Source: Microthrixaceae bacterium
GTDB lineage: Bacteria; Actinomycetota; Acidimicrobiia; Acidimicrobiales; VFJN01
Length of the DNA stretch: 64,000 nt
Direction of reading: 5' to 3'
NCBI GenBank assembly: GCA_052386335.1
Contig: JBQTKH010000009.1
Span: 1,842-65,841, forward strand
Shown in pieces: positions 16,584-26,737 of the stretch (positions are counted from its first letter, which is position 1; the number at the start of each line of letters is the position of its first letter). Both the position numbers and the translations under genes were made by a program. The notes beneath the pieces are model-generated. The model made no database searches. It was not told the origin of the DNA and was given only the letters and a program-made list of their open reading frames with translations.

Positions 16584-19061
16584 ATGACCGACACACTGAT
16601 CGCTCCTGTACCAGAGGCCGAGACCTTCGGGAGCGGCGGCCGTCGCCGGCGGCCGTCGCCCGAAGTCCTCCTGGAACCGATGCGTCGCGCCTTCGCCCTC
16701 CCCTACATCGGGTCGGTCCTCAAGGTGGTCGTCGGCTACATCGTGCTCGTCGAGGGCGTGATCCAAGTCGTCTTCGGGCGAATCGACGTGCCTTGGGTCG
16801 ACATCTCGCTCATCGAGCGCGGCTTCGGTGACTACGCCGTCCCGCGGGAGATCTTCATCGGCGGGGCGGTGATCGGCAGCCTCTACGCCCTCGGCGGGAT
16901 GGGTCTCATCCTCGTGTATCGGGCCAACCGCATCATCAACTTCGCCCAGGCCCAGCTCGGGGCCGTGCCGGCGGTCGCCGCGTTGCTGCTCATCGCGCTC
17001 AAGGGCTGGAACTACTACCTGGTGCTCCCGGTGCTGATCGGTGGCGCGATCCTGCTGGGCGCGCTCGTCGAGGTCGGGCCCGTTCGACGTCTGAGCAAGG
17101 CGCCTCGCCTCATCCTCACGGTCGCCACGATCGGCATCTCCTTCGTCCTCCTCGTTGCCGAGTTCCTGGTCAAGGTGGTGCTGTCCGACGATCTCCTCGA
17201 GACCGCGCGGACGGAGTTCCCCACGCCGTTCTCGAGCTTCACGTTCACCGTCGGCATCACGCGGTTCAGCGGCAACCACATCGCGACCGTCATCGTCGTG
17301 GCGGTGGTGGTGGGTGCGCTCGGCGCCTTCTTCAAGTACACCGACATGGGCATCGCGGTTCGGGCGTCGGCCGAGAACGGCGACCGGGCGGCACTCGTGG
17401 GCATCCCCGTCAAGCGAGTCTCCACCGTCGTCTGGGTGATCGCCGCGGTGATGTCCGCGATCTGTGTCTTCCTCCGAGCGCCGCTCGTGGGCATCCCGCT
17501 CACCGGGTTCACCGGTCCCGCTGTGCTCCTGCTCGGCCTCGCCACCGCGGTGATCGCTCGGATGGACAGTCTTCCCACCGCGCTCTTCGCGGGCATGTTC
17601 ATCGGCTGTGTCGACCGCGCCGCGGTGTTCGCCACGAGCGCGCCCTCGATCGCCTATGCCTCGATGACCGTGGTGATCCTGATCGCGCTCCTCGTGCAAA
17701 AGGGCGTTGGCGCACGGGCGTTCGACGGTGACACCTCCTCGTGGCAGGCCGTGAAGGAGGTCCGCCCCATCCCGCTCGAGCTGCGCAATCTGCCGGAGGT
17801 CGTCCGAGCCAAGACCGCCGTGTTCGCCGCGGCGGGCGGCCTGATCGTGGGAGCGCCGTTCCTCCTCGGCGACCTGCAGACCGGCTCGGCCACCCGGATG
17901 GTCATCTTCGCGATGGTGGGCGTGTCGCTGGTGATCCTCACCGGGTGGGCCGGCCAGATCTCGCTCGGACAGTGGGCGTTGTCGGGGATCGGCTCGATGA
18001 TCGCGGGCGGCCTGGCCGCGAACCACCACTGGGACTTCTTCGCCACGCTGATCGTGGCGGGCATCGCGGGTGCCGCGGTCGCGGTGCTCGTCGGCCTGCC
18101 CGCATTGCGGATCCAGGGCCTCTTCCTCGCGGTGACGACGCTCGCCTTCGCCTTCACCGTGGAGAACTTCTTCCTCTCCGAGCGGTACTTCGGTGCCCTG
18201 CTCCCGAAGGACAACACCTTCGTGGAACGACCGATCCTCTACGGGGCGGTCGACATCGACACCGACTCGAGGATCGGGTTCTTCACGCTCAAGGCGGATG
18301 CCAAGTACTACTACCTCACCCTGGTCTTCCTGGGGCTCGCGATGGCCCTGGCGCGCTCCCTGCGCAAGAACCGATCGGGCCGCGTGTTCATCGGCGTGCG
18401 CGACAACGGCAAGGTGATGCAGGCATTTGGCGTGAACCTGGCCCGCACGCGCCTCGCGGCCTTCGCCATCTCCGGCTTCATTGCCGCGGTGGCCGGTGCG
18501 CTGTTCTCCTATCAGCAGCGCAGCGTCGATGCCTCCACCTACTCGCCGCAGACGTCGATCCTCATCTTCACGATGACGATCATCGGTGGGATCGGTTCAC
18601 TCGCGGGAGCGATCATCGGTGCGGTCTACGTGGTGGGCATCCCGCTGATGCCCGGGCTGCGCGAGATCGACAACATCGAGCTGCTCTCCAGCGGTCTCGG
18701 CTTGCTCTTCTTGCTGCTCTTCCTGCCTGGTGGTCTGGCCGAGGGCTTCTACCGCGCCCGAGACACGTTCCTGCGCAAGGTGGCGGCGACGCACAACATC
18801 CACGTGCCGAGCCTGGTGGCCGACTCCCTCGTCACCGAAGACCTCGGTCAGCAGATCGCGGTCGGTGCCGACCTCACCGCCACCCCCGAACTCGAGGACC
18901 GCGAGGTGCTCGTGGCGAAGGTGGAGGCGCTCGAGCAGCGCCTGGCCGAGCTCGAGACGAGCGCGACGGCGAGCAACGGCCACGGTCCACACGCCAACGG
19001 CGCGAACGGTGCCGGGGACAGACCACGTCGGGTGCGCCGACCGAAGGGAGGTGCCTCGTGA
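16584..19061 (+). CDS. Fused LivH-LivM-type ABC permease
   Basis: GLILVYRANRIINFAQ, GIAVRASAEN, GWAGQISLGQ, LPALRIQGLFLAVTTLAF. Confidence 0.92.
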   Translation: MTDTLIAPVPEAETFGSGGRRRRPSPEVLLEPMRRAFALPYIGSVLKVVVGYIVLVEGVIQVVFGRIDVPWVDISLIERGFGDYAVPREIFIGGAVIGSLYALGGMGLILVYRANRIINFAQAQLGAVPAVAALLLIALKGWNYYLVLPVLIGGAILLGALVEVGPVRRLSKAPRLILTVATIGISFVLLVAEFLVKVVLSDDLLETARTEFPTPFSSFTFTVGITRFSGNHIATVIVVAVVVGALGAFFKYTDMGIAVRASAENGDRAALVGIPVKRVSTVVWVIAAVMSAICVFLRAPLVGIPLTGFTGPAVLLLGLATAVIARMDSLPTALFAGMFIGCVDRAAVFATSAPSIAYASMTVVILIALLVQKGVGARAFDGDTSSWQAVKEVRPIPLELRNLPEVVRAKTAVFAAAGGLIVGAPFLLGDLQTGSATRMVIFAMVGVSLVILTGWAGQISLGQWALSGIGSMIAGGLAANHHWDFFATLIVAGIAGAAVAVLVGLPALRIQGLFLAVTTLAFAFTVENFFLSERYFGALLPKDNTFVERPILYGAVDIDTDSRIGFFTLKADAKYYYLTLVFLGLAMALARSLRKNRSGRVFIGVRDNGKVMQAFGVNLARTRLAAFAISGFIAAVAGALFSYQQRSVDASTYSPQTSILIFTMTIIGGIGSLAGAIIGAVYVVGIPLMPGLREIDNIELLSSGLGLLFLLLFLPGGLAEGFYRARDTFLRKVAATHNIHVPSLVADSLVTEDLGQQIAVGADLTATPELEDREVLVAKVEALEQRLAELETSATASNGHGPHANGANGAGDRPRRVRRPKGGAS

Positions 19062-22033
19062 GCAACGCCAGCCGTGACCGGCGCTTGATGGCCGCAACGG
19101 GCGGGGCGAGCGCCCTTCCCCTGATCATCCTGTTTGCCTTGAACATGGTCGACGAGCTCGACCAGGTCACCTTCGGCGTGGTGGCCCCGAACATCCGCGA
19201 CACGTTCGGCACGAGCGAGCAGGCGATCACATCGATCGCCGGGATCACCGGCGCGATCGTGATCATGCTGGCGGTACCGATCGGCGTGCTCGCCGACCGG
19301 TACAACCGGGTGCGGATGGCCGGGGTCGCCGCACTCGCGTGGGCGGTCATGGGGGTGTTCACCGGCATCTCGGGGTTCATCGGGGCGATCGGCCTGCTCG
19401 TGATCGCGCGCTTCGGCGCGGGCATCGGACGGCTGATGAACGAGCCGGTCCACGTCGGGCTGCTCGCCGACTACTACCCGCCGCAGCAGCACGGGAGGAT
19501 CTTCAGCATCCATCGCATGGCCAACCCCATCGGTGGGCTCTTCGTGCTCGCGGGTGGTGTGCTCGCCGACCTGGTCGGGTGGCGCTTCGGCTTCATGCTC
19601 ATGGCGATCCCCACCGTGGTGGCCGTCATGTTCCTCTCGCGGCTCAGCGAGCCGGTGCGGGGGGCGTCGTTGGACATGGGTCTGGCGCAGTCTGCCGACG
19701 AGCAGGCCGCGAACATCCCGATCAGCGAGGGCTACCGACGCCTCAAGGCCATCCCCACCCTCAAGCGAGCGTGGTGGGCTGGTGCGCTCATCGGGGCGAG
19801 CATCGTGCCGATCGCGGTCTTCTTCAACTTCTTCTTCGAGAACGTCTACAACGTCACGAGCATCACCGCTCGAGCCGCGATCACGATGCTCTACTCGGTC
19901 GGTCAGATCTTCGCCTTCGTCTGGGGCTACCGGAAGTCCACCGAGCTGCTGATGGCGGGGGAGACGCCGCTGCTGGGCGAGTACGCCGGGCGTCTGCTGA
20001 TCCTGTCGGGCCTCGCACTCGTCGTCATGGCGTCGGCCCCGTGGATCGGCGTGTCGATCGCGTTCGTGTTCATCGTCGGCCTCTTCGGCGCGTTCAACAG
20101 CTTCGCGCTGCCGCTCCTCGTGGCGGTGGCGCCACCTCGGCTGCGGTCGCAGGCGTTGGGCTACTTCGTGTTCTTCATCGGCCTCGGCGGCATCACCGGC
20201 GCGGTGGTGGTGGGCGGTATCGGTGAGAACCAGGGCTACCGGTACGCCATCAACATCCTGTCGATCCTGCTGGTCATCGCTGGGCTGATCTACCGGAGCA
20301 CGAAGACCTTCATCCGGCGAGATGCCGACCAAGCGTTCAAGACCCTCATGGTCGAGGCAGGGTTGCGCGGCGAGCAGCAGGGGGGCGTGGCTGGCGCGCT
20401 CCTCACCTGCAAGGACGTCGAGGTGGCCTACGACCAGGTGCAGGTCCTCTTCGGGGTGGACCTCGACATCCGGCCCGGCGAGTGCGTCGCCCTCCTCGGC
20501 ACCAACGGTGCAGGCAAGTCCACCCTCCTCAAGGCCATCAGCGGGCTCGTCGACCCGATCGGCGGTGCCATCTTCTTCGACGGCACCGACATCACCCACA
20601 CCGACGGTGTCGGCACGGCCAAGGCGGGCATCGTCCAGGTGCCGGGCGGCAAGGCCGTGTTCCCCACCCTCACGGTGGCCGAGCACCTTCGCGTGGCCGG
20701 GTGGCTCTACCGTGACGACCCCGACTACCTCAAGCAGGCCAACGAGGAGGTGCTCGAGCTCTTCCCGCGCCTCCGTGAGCGGATCGACCAGATGGCGGGC
20801 AACCTGTCGGGCGGCGAGCAGCAGATGCTGGCCCTCGGGATGGCGTTCATCGCCAAGCCCAAGCTGCTGATGATCGACGAGCTCTCCCTTGGCCTCGCGC
20901 CCACGATCGTGGAGCAGCTCCTCGAGATCGTGCGCAAGATCCAAGCCACGGGCACGGCGATCATCCTCGTGGAGCAGTCGATCAACGTCGCCCTCACCGT
21001 GGCCGATCGCGCCTACTTCATGGAGAAGGGCGAGGTGCGCTTCCAGGGCTCCACCGTCGAGCTGCTCGAGCGCGACGACATCGTGCGATCGGTGTTCCTC
21101 CAAGGGGCGTCGATGGCAACGGGTGCGGGCGGCACCAAGGTGGCGGCCGCAGCCACGCGGAAGGCTCCGGTCGAGCTGGTTCCCCTCCTCGAGCTCACGG
21201 GGGTGACGAAGCGCTTCGGCGGCATCCGAGCAGTGGACGACACGAGCTTCACCCTGCACCAAGGGGAGATCCTCGGTCTGATCGGTCCCAACGGCGCGGG
21301 CAAGACGACGATCTTCGACCTCGTGTCCGGCTTCCTGATCCCCGACGGGGGCCGCATCGTGCTGAGCGGCGAGGACATCACCGAGATGGCGCCCGACGCG
21401 CGTGCCTGGATGGGCCTCGGTCGGTCGTTCCAGGACGCCCGCCTCGTGCCGTCGCTCACCGTCGCCGAGAACGTGGCCATCGGCCTCGAGCGGCACCTCG
21501 ACGTGCGTGACCACGTGGCATCCGCACTGGCCCTGCCGGGCGTGGTGCGGCTCGAAGAGGACGTCGCCTGGACCGTCGACGACCTCATCGAGATGATGAA
21601 CCTGGGCGCCTTCCGCGACAAGTTCGTGCGCGAGCTCTCGACCGGTTCGCGCCGGATCGTCGATCTCGCGATGTGCATCGCGCACGACCCGCTCGTGCTG
21701 CTCCTCGATGAGCCGAGCTCAGGGATCGCGCAAGCCGAGACCGAGGCCTTGGGGCCCCTCCTCGAGCAGATCCAGACCGAGACGGGGTGCGCCCTGCTGG
21801 TCATCGAGCACGACATGCCGCTGATCACCTCGGTGTCCGATCGCATGATCGCCCTCGAGCTCGGGCATCCGATCGTGGAGGGCACTCCCGAGGAGGTCAC
21901 CACGAACGCTCGGGTGGTGTCGTCGTACCTGGGCGGTGACCTGGCCGTGATCAACCGCTCCGGTCGAGTGGCCCCTGCCGCGAAGCCCGCTGCCAAGCGG
22001 CGCGCCCCGCTGAAGGCCGAGGAGCTGGTGTGA
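19058..22033 (+). CDS. MFS transporter fused to two ABC ATPase domains (LivF then LivG type)
   Basis: GTG 19058 overlaps the previous stop; MFS motif GVLADRYNR; GTNGAGKS/LSGGEQQ/IDE, then GPNGAGKT/LSTG/LDE/EH, all in one frame. Confidence 0.9.
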   Translation: MSNASRDRRLMAATGGASALPLIILFALNMVDELDQVTFGVVAPNIRDTFGTSEQAITSIAGITGAIVIMLAVPIGVLADRYNRVRMAGVAALAWAVMGVFTGISGFIGAIGLLVIARFGAGIGRLMNEPVHVGLLADYYPPQQHGRIFSIHRMANPIGGLFVLAGGVLADLVGWRFGFMLMAIPTVVAVMFLSRLSEPVRGASLDMGLAQSADEQAANIPISEGYRRLKAIPTLKRAWWAGALIGASIVPIAVFFNFFFENVYNVTSITARAAITMLYSVGQIFAFVWGYRKSTELLMAGETPLLGEYAGRLLILSGLALVVMASAPWIGVSIAFVFIVGLFGAFNSFALPLLVAVAPPRLRSQALGYFVFFIGLGGITGAVVVGGIGENQGYRYAINILSILLVIAGLIYRSTKTFIRRDADQAFKTLMVEAGLRGEQQGGVAGALLTCKDVEVAYDQVQVLFGVDLDIRPGECVALLGTNGAGKSTLLKAISGLVDPIGGAIFFDGTDITHTDGVGTAKAGIVQVPGGKAVFPTLTVAEHLRVAGWLYRDDPDYLKQANEEVLELFPRLRERIDQMAGNLSGGEQQMLALGMAFIAKPKLLMIDELSLGLAPTIVEQLLEIVRKIQATGTAIILVEQSINVALTVADRAYFMEKGEVRFQGSTVELLERDDIVRSVFLQGASMATGAGGTKVAAAATRKAPVELVPLLELTGVTKRFGGIRAVDDTSFTLHQGEILGLIGPNGAGKTTIFDLVSGFLIPDGGRIVLSGEDITEMAPDARAWMGLGRSFQDARLVPSLTVAENVAIGLERHLDVRDHVASALALPGVVRLEEDVAWTVDDLIEMMNLGAFRDKFVRELSTGSRRIVDLAMCIAHDPLVLLLDEPSSGIAQAETEALGPLLEQIQTETGCALLVIEHDMPLITSVSDRMIALELGHPIVEGTPEEVTTNARVVSSYLGGDLAVINRSGRVAPAAKPAAKRRAPLKAEELV

Positions 22034-23085
22034 TGCGCCGACTGGGCACACTGGTCTGCGGCTCGGCCGCGGTTCTCGGCGGCCTCGTGGCCGCCGGTGT
22101 CCCGGCGCTGGCCGGATCGGCACAGACCCTCGACGACGCCGGCTGGTGGTGGCGCGTGAAGCAGGGTCCGGTCGCCCCCGTCGCGCCGGCCCCGCCAACC
22201 ACCTCCGAGGATCAGCTGATGGTCCAGGGCGCACCAGACGGCGAGGAGGGCGCCACGGCCATTGCTGCGGTGCGCTTCACCCTGAACGAGGGCGACGGCA
22301 GCCCCATCCTCACGCTGAAGGTGGCCCCCAACGGCGATTCCGGAGGTGCCGACGCGATCCTCATCGCCTGCCAGGCCGGGGCGGCCTGGAGCGGTGGCAC
22401 CGGGCCTCAGCAGTGGGAGGGCGCGCCCCTCGTCGACTGCAGCCAGTCGGTGCAGGGGCAGCGCTCGTCCGACGGCGCCACGTGGGTCTTCCCCGTTGCC
22501 TCGTTGCAGTTCAACGATCAGATCAACGTCGTCCTCGTTCCCGGCAAGAACCCCACGCTTCCCGAGGGCGCGAACGCGTCGGTGTTCCAGCTCGTCTTCG
22601 AGCGACCCACTGCGGCGTCGATCACCACCACCGATGGCACCGCGTCCGAGGACTTCGGGGGCGGTGGCGACTTCGGAGGCGGCTTCGGCACCACGGGGTA
22701 CGACTCGACGTTTCCTGATTCGTCCTTCACGGATCCGGCGGTCGGCCCCTCGACGTTCAGCACCCCACCGGTGCAGCCCGCGCTCCCACCGGAGAACGTG
22801 GGCACCTCCGCCATCGCCCCTCGGGTGCAGGCGCGCACCCCGGTGCCGACGCAGGCCATCAGCAACGATCGACCTGGCGGAGCCCGTGCGCTGGGCTTCC
22901 TCGTGCTGCTGCTCAGCGGAGCGGGGAGCTGGTGGTTCTCGCAGCAGGCGGCTCCGGCGCCGCGCAAGCTCGGTCGGTTCGCCGGGGTCCCCATCGCTGG
23001 TGGCCCCCCGCCGCCCGAGCCACAGGTGGGTGGCTTGGGCCGGTTCGCCCGTACCCGTTCGTCAGCGCCCCGCCGACTGAGCTGA
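22030..23085 (+). CDS. Secreted, C-terminally anchored hypothetical protein
   Basis: Signal peptide, beta-rich domain with two Cys, G/P/T-rich stalk, TM, basic tail; GTGA coupling to the previous gene. Confidence 0.75.
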   Translation: MMRRLGTLVCGSAAVLGGLVAAGVPALAGSAQTLDDAGWWWRVKQGPVAPVAPAPPTTSEDQLMVQGAPDGEEGATAIAAVRFTLNEGDGSPILTLKVAPNGDSGGADAILIACQAGAAWSGGTGPQQWEGAPLVDCSQSVQGQRSSDGATWVFPVASLQFNDQINVVLVPGKNPTLPEGANASVFQLVFERPTAASITTTDGTASEDFGGGGDFGGGFGTTGYDSTFPDSSFTDPAVGPSTFSTPPVQPALPPENVGTSAIAPRVQARTPVPTQAISNDRPGGARALGFLVLLLSGAGSWWFSQQAAPAPRKLGRFAGVPIAGGPPPPEPQVGGLGRFARTRSSAPRRLS

Positions 23086-23104
23086 GCAGCCCAGCCCGAG
23101 GCGG

Positions 23105-23998
23105 TCAGGTCTGCAGTGGTAGGACGACGTCCGCGACCTCGCGGAGGTGAACGTCCCAGTCGGGCGGTTCCATGACGGGCACCACCACGAACTTCGACCC
23201 GCCCGCGTCGATGTGCTTCTCGATCATCGCTCGCAGCCCATCGAGGCCTGAGGCCACGACTGCACCCGGGTCGATCCCGGGCCGTCGCCGGGCGATGCCC
23301 GCCGCCACGATGTCGGGGATCGGGCCGTCGACGTACGGGATGAGCGCCCCGAAGTGCTCAGGGTCGATCTTGCGGTCGGCCTCTGCGGCGTGCTGCTGGA
23401 TCACGCCGATCCCCGAGCGCACGTCGTCTGCGGTGCAGAACGACGGCAGCCATCCATCCGCCAGGCGACCACAGCGCCGGAGCTCGGAGGGCGCGATGCC
23501 GCCGAGCCAGATCTCGAGCGGGTCCTGGTGGGGGAGCGGCCGCACCTCGGCAGCCTCGTAGTGGTGGAAGCGGCCGTCGTGGTCCACCTGCTCGCCCGCC
23601 CAGAAGCGACGGAGCAGTGGGAGGGTCTCGTCGAAGCGGGCGGCCCGCTCGGTTCGCTCCACGCCGAAGGCCTGCTGCTCGGCCGGGTCGACGGCACCGA
23701 GGCCGAACGCGGGCAAGAGGCGACCGTGTGAGAGGCGGTCGAGGGTGGCCAGCTCCTTGGCCAGCAGCATCGGGTTGCGGCCCGGGACCACGAGCACGGA
23801 GAAGCCGAACTTGATGCGCGTGGTGAGCCCGGCGGCCACGCCGAGCGCCACGATCGGATCGGGACAGTCTCCGGTGACGCGCTCGGAGAGCCACAGCGAG
23901 TCGAACCCGAGGCGTTCGAGACCGGTCACGAGCGCTGCGAAGCGGTCGGGGTCAGTCGAGGCGCGGGTGCCGAGCCCGTAGCCGATGCGCACCTTCAT
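23105..23998 (-). CDS. LLM-class (F420-type) oxidoreductase
   Basis: MKVRIGYGLG, FDSLWLSER, LAKELATLDRLS, GRLADGWLPSF. Confidence 0.9.
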   Translation of the reverse strand: MKVRIGYGLGTRASTDPDRFAALVTGLERLGFDSLWLSERVTGDCPDPIVALGVAAGLTTRIKFGFSVLVVPGRNPMLLAKELATLDRLSHGRLLPAFGLGAVDPAEQQAFGVERTERAARFDETLPLLRRFWAGEQVDHDGRFHHYEAAEVRPLPHQDPLEIWLGGIAPSELRRCGRLADGWLPSFCTADDVRSGIGVIQQHAAEADRKIDPEHFGALIPYVDGPIPDIVAAGIARRRPGIDPGAVVASGLDGLRAMIEKHIDAGGSKFVVVPVMEPPDWDVHLREVADVVLPLQT

Positions 23999-24042
23999 GC
24001 GGGCAGCCTGCCACGCCGGTAGCGGGGGCATAGGTTCTCGCC

Positions 24043-24816
24043 ATGAGCACGATCGATCTGACAGCCCCGTTCCGTCTCGATGGCCGCGTGGTGGTGGTGA
24101 CGGGAGCGTCGAGTGGTCTCGGCGACCGGTTCGCGCGGGTGCTCCACGCCGCAGGCGCCACCGTGGTTGCAGCGGCGCGTCGCACCGAACGACTCGAGGC
24201 ACTCGCAGTCGACCTCGATGATCGCCTCATCCCTGTGACCTGTGACGTGTCGGTCGACGCGGACTGCGAGCGGTTGATCACCGAGGCCATCGCGATCGAC
24301 GGCCACCTCGACGTGCTGGTCAACAACGCGGGCATCGGGACGCAGGTGCCCGCCGAACACGAACCGATCGGCGACTTCCGAGGTGTCGTCGACGTCAACC
24401 TCAACGCGCTCTTCCTGCTCAGCCAGCTCGCTGGGCGCCACATGATCGAGCGACGGTCCGGGTCGATCGTGAACCTGGCGTCGGTGCTGGGCCTCGTGGC
24501 GTCCACGCCGATCAAGCAGGCGTCGTACTGCGCCACCAAGGGCGCCGTCGTCAACCTCACTCGGGAGCTCGGCGCCCAGTGGGCCCGCAAGGGCATCCGG
24601 GTGAACGCGCTGGCGCCTGGCTGGTTCCGCTCCGAGATGACCGAGCTCATGTTCTCCGATCCCGGTGCCAACGACTTCATGACCCGAAACTGCCCGATGG
24701 GGCGGGCGGGCGAGCCACATGAGCTCGATGGAGCGCTCCTGTTCCTGGCCAGCGATGCCAGCAGCTACATGACGGGCCAGACTCTCACGATCGACGGCGG
24801 GTGGGTGGCGCGCTAG
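24043..24816 (+). CDS. SDR family oxidoreductase
   Basis: TGASSGLG, NNAG, YCATK, VNALAPG. Confidence 0.95.
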   Translation: MSTIDLTAPFRLDGRVVVVTGASSGLGDRFARVLHAAGATVVAAARRTERLEALAVDLDDRLIPVTCDVSVDADCERLITEAIAIDGHLDVLVNNAGIGTQVPAEHEPIGDFRGVVDVNLNALFLLSQLAGRHMIERRSGSIVNLASVLGLVASTPIKQASYCATKGAVVNLTRELGAQWARKGIRVNALAPGWFRSEMTELMFSDPGANDFMTRNCPMGRAGEPHELDGALLFLASDASSYMTGQTLTIDGGWVAR

Positions 24817-24842
24817 CCAGGACGCTGTTGAACAACGGCGTC

Positions 24843-25754
24843 CTAGTGCCCTGCCGGGCGGACGAGGATTTGTGGTCGCGTGACGGCCAAGACCGCAAGC
24901 CCACCCAGCACGAGCAGGATGCCGACGAGGGCCGCTGCGGTGAGCTGCTCGTTCAGGAGCACGACCGCCAGCAGCGCGGCCGTGAGGGGCTCGGCAAGGG
25001 AGAGGGTTGTCGCAGTGGCCACGGTGACGCCGGGGATCCCGCGCCCGAACAGGAGGTAGGCCAGCGCGAGGCTGACCACGCCGAGCCACAGCGCTGCGGC
25101 TGCTCCTTGCAGGTTGAGCAGCGGCTGTACGCCCGCGATGAGACCGAGCGGCAGGAGCAGGGTGGCGCTGAGCGCGAACACCCACGTCATCACGAGGTCA
25201 GGGTCGTGCCGCTCGATGAGCGACTTGGAGGACACCGCGAACGTGGCATAGCCAAGGCCAGCCCCGAGCGCGAGCACGAGGCCGCGTGGATCGACCGGAT
25301 CGCCTCCGCTGTCGGTCGTGGCCAGCAGCGCGACGCCGGTCAGCGCCAGGCCAGTCGCAACCGCCCAGCGGCGACCGGGTCGCTCGCCGCGCACGAGCCA
25401 ACCCAGCGCGCCACCCCAGATGGGGCCGGACCCGATCCCCACGACCGTGCCGATCGCGACGCCAGCGAGGCGGACGCCGCCGAAGAAGCTGAGCTGGAAG
25501 GCCGCCGCCGTCAGGGCGGCGAGGATGAGCGGTCGTCGCTCGATGTCCCGTGCCCCGGTGAGCAGCCGACCCCGTCCGATCGCGACGGCGAGCAGCACGA
25601 GGGCGCCCAGAACGTTGCGAGTGGCCCCGAACGCGATCGCGCTCGCGTCGTCCGGGCCGAGGGCCTGTGCCGTGCCGGTGGTTCCCCAGCAGACCGAGGC
25701 GCCGATGACGAGGAGCCGGGCGCGCCCCCCGCTCGCCGGTGCGTGAGTGGGCAC
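24843..25754 (-). CDS. EamA/DMT family transporter
   Basis: WGTTGTAQ, GVAIGTVVGIGSGP, TLSLAEPLTA; about 10 TM. Confidence 0.9.
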   Translation of the reverse strand: MPTHAPASGGRARLLVIGASVCWGTTGTAQALGPDDASAIAFGATRNVLGALVLLAVAIGRGRLLTGARDIERRPLILAALTAAAFQLSFFGGVRLAGVAIGTVVGIGSGPIWGGALGWLVRGERPGRRWAVATGLALTGVALLATTDSGGDPVDPRGLVLALGAGLGYATFAVSSKSLIERHDPDLVMTWVFALSATLLLPLGLIAGVQPLLNLQGAAAALWLGVVSLALAYLLFGRGIPGVTVATATTLSLAEPLTAALLAVVLLNEQLTAAALVGILLVLGGLAVLAVTRPQILVRPAGH

Positions 25755-25761
25755 GGAGCAG

Positions 25762-26667
25762 CTAGAGCAGGCCGCGCAGGAACTCGCGGGTGCGGTGCCG
25801 GTCGTCGGCCTCGGCCGCGAAGTCCACGGCGAGGAAGTCCTCCACGCCCGCGACTCGGAAGCGCTCGATCCCGGACTGGACCTCGTCCTCTGTGCCGATG
25901 ATGGCGAGGTCGCCCGGGCCCTGGAGACCCTCGCGGTCGAGCATCGCCCGATACGACGGGAGGTAGCCGTACATCTGGAACACGATGGCGGCCCTCGCCC
26001 TCGCCCCGGCGACGTCGCTCGTGACGCACACCGGTACGCCTGCCACGATCCGAGGCTCGGCCCGACCGTGCTTGTCCGCGGAGGCATGCAGCGTGGGGAC
26101 GATGTGGCCGCTGATCGTCTGCGGACCGGTCATCCAGGTGATCGTGCCGTCGGCCATCTCCCCGGTGAGCTCGAGCATCTTCGGCCCGAGCGCCGCGACG
26201 AGGATCGGGCAAGGCTGCGCGCCGGGCACGTCGATCGTGACGGAGGTGCGGTAGGTCTCGCCCGTGAAGGCGACATTGCCGTCGTGGATGAGCGGGCCGA
26301 GGATCGAGAGGTACTCCCGCATGTGGCGCAGGGGCTTGTCGAAGCTCATCCCCATGATCTGCTCGATCACCATCTGGTGCGACAGGCCGATGCCCAGCGT
26401 GAAGTGGCCGCCCGTGAGCGCGTTCGCGGTGAGCGCCTGCTGCGCCAGCATCATCGGATGGCGTGGGTAGGTCGGCACGACCGCTGTGCCCACCTCGAGG
26501 GCGGGAACCTCGCGTCCGATCACGCCCGCGACGGTGATGGCGTCGGCCCCGAAGATCTGGGGGAGCCAGAACGACGGGAACCCCTCGGCCGCCGCGAGAT
26601 GAGCGGCGGCGACGAGCCCGTCGATCCCGTCGGTGGCCGTGTCCCCTGCGAAGATCCCGATGCGCAT
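25762..26667 (-). CDS. LLM-class F420-dependent oxidoreductase
   Basis: GTAVVPTYPRHP, FTLGIGLSH, AALGPKML..ADGTITW, YGYLPSYRAML. Confidence 0.9.
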   Translation of the reverse strand: MRIGIFAGDTATDGIDGLVAAAHLAAAEGFPSFWLPQIFGADAITVAGVIGREVPALEVGTAVVPTYPRHPMMLAQQALTANALTGGHFTLGIGLSHQMVIEQIMGMSFDKPLRHMREYLSILGPLIHDGNVAFTGETYRTSVTIDVPGAQPCPILVAALGPKMLELTGEMADGTITWMTGPQTISGHIVPTLHASADKHGRAEPRIVAGVPVCVTSDVAGARARAAIVFQMYGYLPSYRAMLDREGLQGPGDLAIIGTEDEVQSGIERFRVAGVEDFLAVDFAAEADDRHRTREFLRGLL

Positions 26668-26737
26668 GAGGCTGACCCTACTGACGTCCTGAGGATCAAG
26701 TTCGCTCGTCGCGACCTCCGCCTGTGACCATGGACGG

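Noticed and set aside
17741-19057. N-terminal 439 aa of the 1430-aa ORF
   Set aside because: Arg/Gly/Pro-rich off-frame shadow of the permease; the real start is GTG 19058
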